DNA of 64,000 nucleotides from Giardia intestinalis (Eukaryota): NCBI GenBank assembly GCA_000002435.2, contig CM018792.1; one strand, 5' to 3'. Shown piece by piece: positions 62,771 to 64,000 of this stretch (position 1 is its first letter; each line of letters starts with the position of its first letter). The notes under the pieces were generated by a model. It saw only the letters and a program-made list of their open reading frames with translations, ran no database searches and was not told where the DNA came from. The position numbers and the translations under genes were made by a program.

Positions 62771-63817
62771 TTACTCTTTGCTGCTTTGGGAGCTATCCTC
62801 GTCCTCGTCCTCATCTGTATACTCTTCATCATCCAGCTCTTCTTCTAATTCACCTTCACCTTCACCCTCACCTTCATCTTCACTTATTTCATCTACTTCA
62901 TCTATTTCATTAGTAGGCTGAGGCGGCCTCTTGGGTGCCATAAAGTATTTGCCATCGTGTCCACCATAAATGTCTACAGTGGAGATCTTTCCATAAACCT
63001 CTTCAAATCCTTCGCGTGAAAGAGCCAGGTCAATAGGATCGACTGGTAAAGTTTTATCCCTTTGATTATATATTTCCTTCTCCCGTAGCTTTTGTTGTTG
63101 CTGCTTAAATTCTCTTGCACGCTGTTGCTTGGCCCTCTCTCCTGGGCTAACGTAGTTCTCGTTTCTCCATAGTATGTCTCCACACATTACAGAAGATAGA
63201 ATCTGGAAAGGTATAAGTACGAATGAAGGGCCGGTCTCCGCGAGGCTATATTGATCTGCACCCTGTTTAATGTTTGTGTTCTTTTGAATAGAATAAACCC
63301 GGAAATCTATGGAAATGCCATCTTCGCGTACGCGAAATGCTATTACGTGATCCACAAATGGAACGCTCTTGTGGTGGAGGTGCGGTGTTGCAAATATGCG
63401 CTTCATCAGCTCTTTAATAATCCGGAGCTCGTACTTTTCTGGTTGGTCAAACTCGTGAGAAAATGATAATATTGGGCGAGTAAATCTATGAAAGTTTCCC
63501 TGGTAGCGCATCCGATCACTAGTTAGTAGGTTGGCTACCTGGAACTTGACGGTTGGCCCTTCGGGGTAAGATGTAGCCCAAAGGATGAGCTCAGTGCGCT
63601 GTCGCATCTCCCAATACAGCGCGTGGTCACATGTTCTGAGCCTTATCACCTCCATCAAGGCAGACACCGGCAGTGCTGTGTTAAATTTGCTCTCTTTCTT
63701 ATTGTGAGGAATGAGCCTCTCCAAGTCTGTTTTCATCTTACTGAACATCCCCGTGGTCCCTTTGCACGTTATCATCATAACCTTGTGGCGTGGGTAGACA
63801 TGCTTGTCTGCAGGCAT
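62771..63817 (-). CDS. BRX1: ribosome biogenesis protein Brx1 (Brix domain) with acidic C-terminal tail
   Basis: ATG start. The Brix-domain pattern is present: HKVMMITCKGTTG...LIPHNKKESKF...LMEVIRLRTCDHALYWEMRQRTELILW...GPTVKFQVANLLTSDRMRYQGN...RPILSFSHEFD...LKELMKRIF. The tail is EDEGEGEGEGELEEELDDEEY. Confidence 0.7.
   Translation of the reverse strand: MPADKHVYPRHKVMMITCKGTTGMFSKMKTDLERLIPHNKKESKFNTALPVSALMEVIRLRTCDHALYWEMRQRTELILWATSYPEGPTVKFQVANLLTSDRMRYQGNFHRFTRPILSFSHEFDQPEKYELRIIKELMKRIFATPHLHHKSVPFVDHVIAFRVREDGISIDFRVYSIQKNTNIKQGADQYSLAETGPSFVLIPFQILSSVMCGDILWRNENYVSPGERAKQQRAREFKQQQQKLREKEIYNQRDKTLPVDPIDLALSREGFEEVYGKISTVDIYGGHDGKYFMAPKRPPQPTNEIDEVDEISEDEGEGEGEGELEEELDDEEYTDEDEDEDSSQSSKE
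62849..62883. repeat. imperfect (TTCACC)n hexanucleotide microsatellite encoding the (Gly-Glu)n acidic tail of Brx1
   Basis: The sequence is ttcaccttcaccttcaccctcaccttcatcttcac. Confidence 0.4.
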
Positions 63818-63905
63818 CGAATTAAATGCAAATCGGCAGATTGTAATAAAGTAGCATTTTCAATTGAATTGCTTTCACTTAAGTAATTAAGAATTTCTGA
63901 ACTGC

Positions 63906-64000
63906 ATGACCAGCAACGCCATCTTCTTGCCAGGTGAACTCAACTCAGGAAACAGTGTGCGTAAGGAGAATATTTCTGCAACCACTGCATTAGCAGGGAT
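63906..64000 (+). CDS. possible 5-prime end of a plus-strand gene running off the window (MTSNAIFLPGELNSGNSVRKENISATTALAG...)
   Basis: ATG at 63906 with an open frame to the window end. Only about 31 codons are visible. Confidence 0.15.
   Translation, partial: MTSNAIFLPGELNSGNSVRKENISATTALAG

Noticed and set aside
1-64000. CRISPR arrays, rRNA genes, transposase/reverse-transcriptase ORFs, telomeric TAGGG repeats, long tandem repeats
   Set aside because: I scanned for direct repeats with regular spacing, for rRNA-like conserved blocks, for RT (YxDD) and DDE motifs in the ORF translations, and for TAGGG runs. None were found. The only repeat is a 35-nt hexanucleotide tract encoding the acidic tail of Brx1.

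Overview
This 64 kb window reads as a very gene-dense, essentially intron-free eukaryotic chromosome segment, most consistent with a diplomonad (Giardia-like) genome. I count about 47 protein-coding genes on both strands. Intergenic spacers are mostly under 150 bp, and several head-to-head gene pairs have start codons 0-20 nt apart or overlapping. Short AT-rich patches sit directly upstream of ATGs, and AGTRAA-like motifs sit at or just after stop codons. There is one tRNA-Asn(GUU) followed by a Pol III T-run. Recognisable products are: a Sec1/Munc18-family protein (partial at the window edge), a Tad2-type tRNA adenosine deaminase, an L7Ae/Snu13-family protein, Rad52, Spo11, an MCM helicase subunit, GINS Psf2, a DNA-polymerase B-subunit-family protein, a Sir2 deacetylase, the PP2A scaffold (A) subunit, a large PPP-family phosphatase with insertions, RPS27e, UDP-glucose pyrophosphorylase, Trm10, Mob1, an eIF2B alpha/beta/delta-family subunit, Brx1, an SF3a2/Prp11-like zinc-finger protein, a Tudor-SN-like multi-SNase protein, an SLC35F-like transporter, a tandem-rhodanese protein, and a cysteine-rich (CXXC/GGCY) type-I surface protein of the VSP/HCMP kind. 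Two secreted protease homologues (a kexin/subtilisin-like protein with a P-domain, and a cathepsin-B-like protein) appear to have lost catalytic residues. The standout anomaly is a roughly 5.5 kb strongly GC-rich, GC3-saturated domain at about 48.4-53.9 kb. It begins inside the 3-prime half of the cysteine-rich surface-protein gene. It carries two tandem same-frame ORFs (772 and 524 aa, separated by a single TAG) with no recognisable domains. These two ORFs are bracketed, 4 nt from their ATG and 4 nt from their stop, by the only two GCGGCCGC octamers I could find in the region. I saw no CRISPR arrays, rRNA, transposase or reverse-transcriptase genes, or telomeric repeats. The supplied ORF track evidently accepts GTG and TTG as starts, so I moved several gene starts to the first ATG after checking the codon in the sequence.
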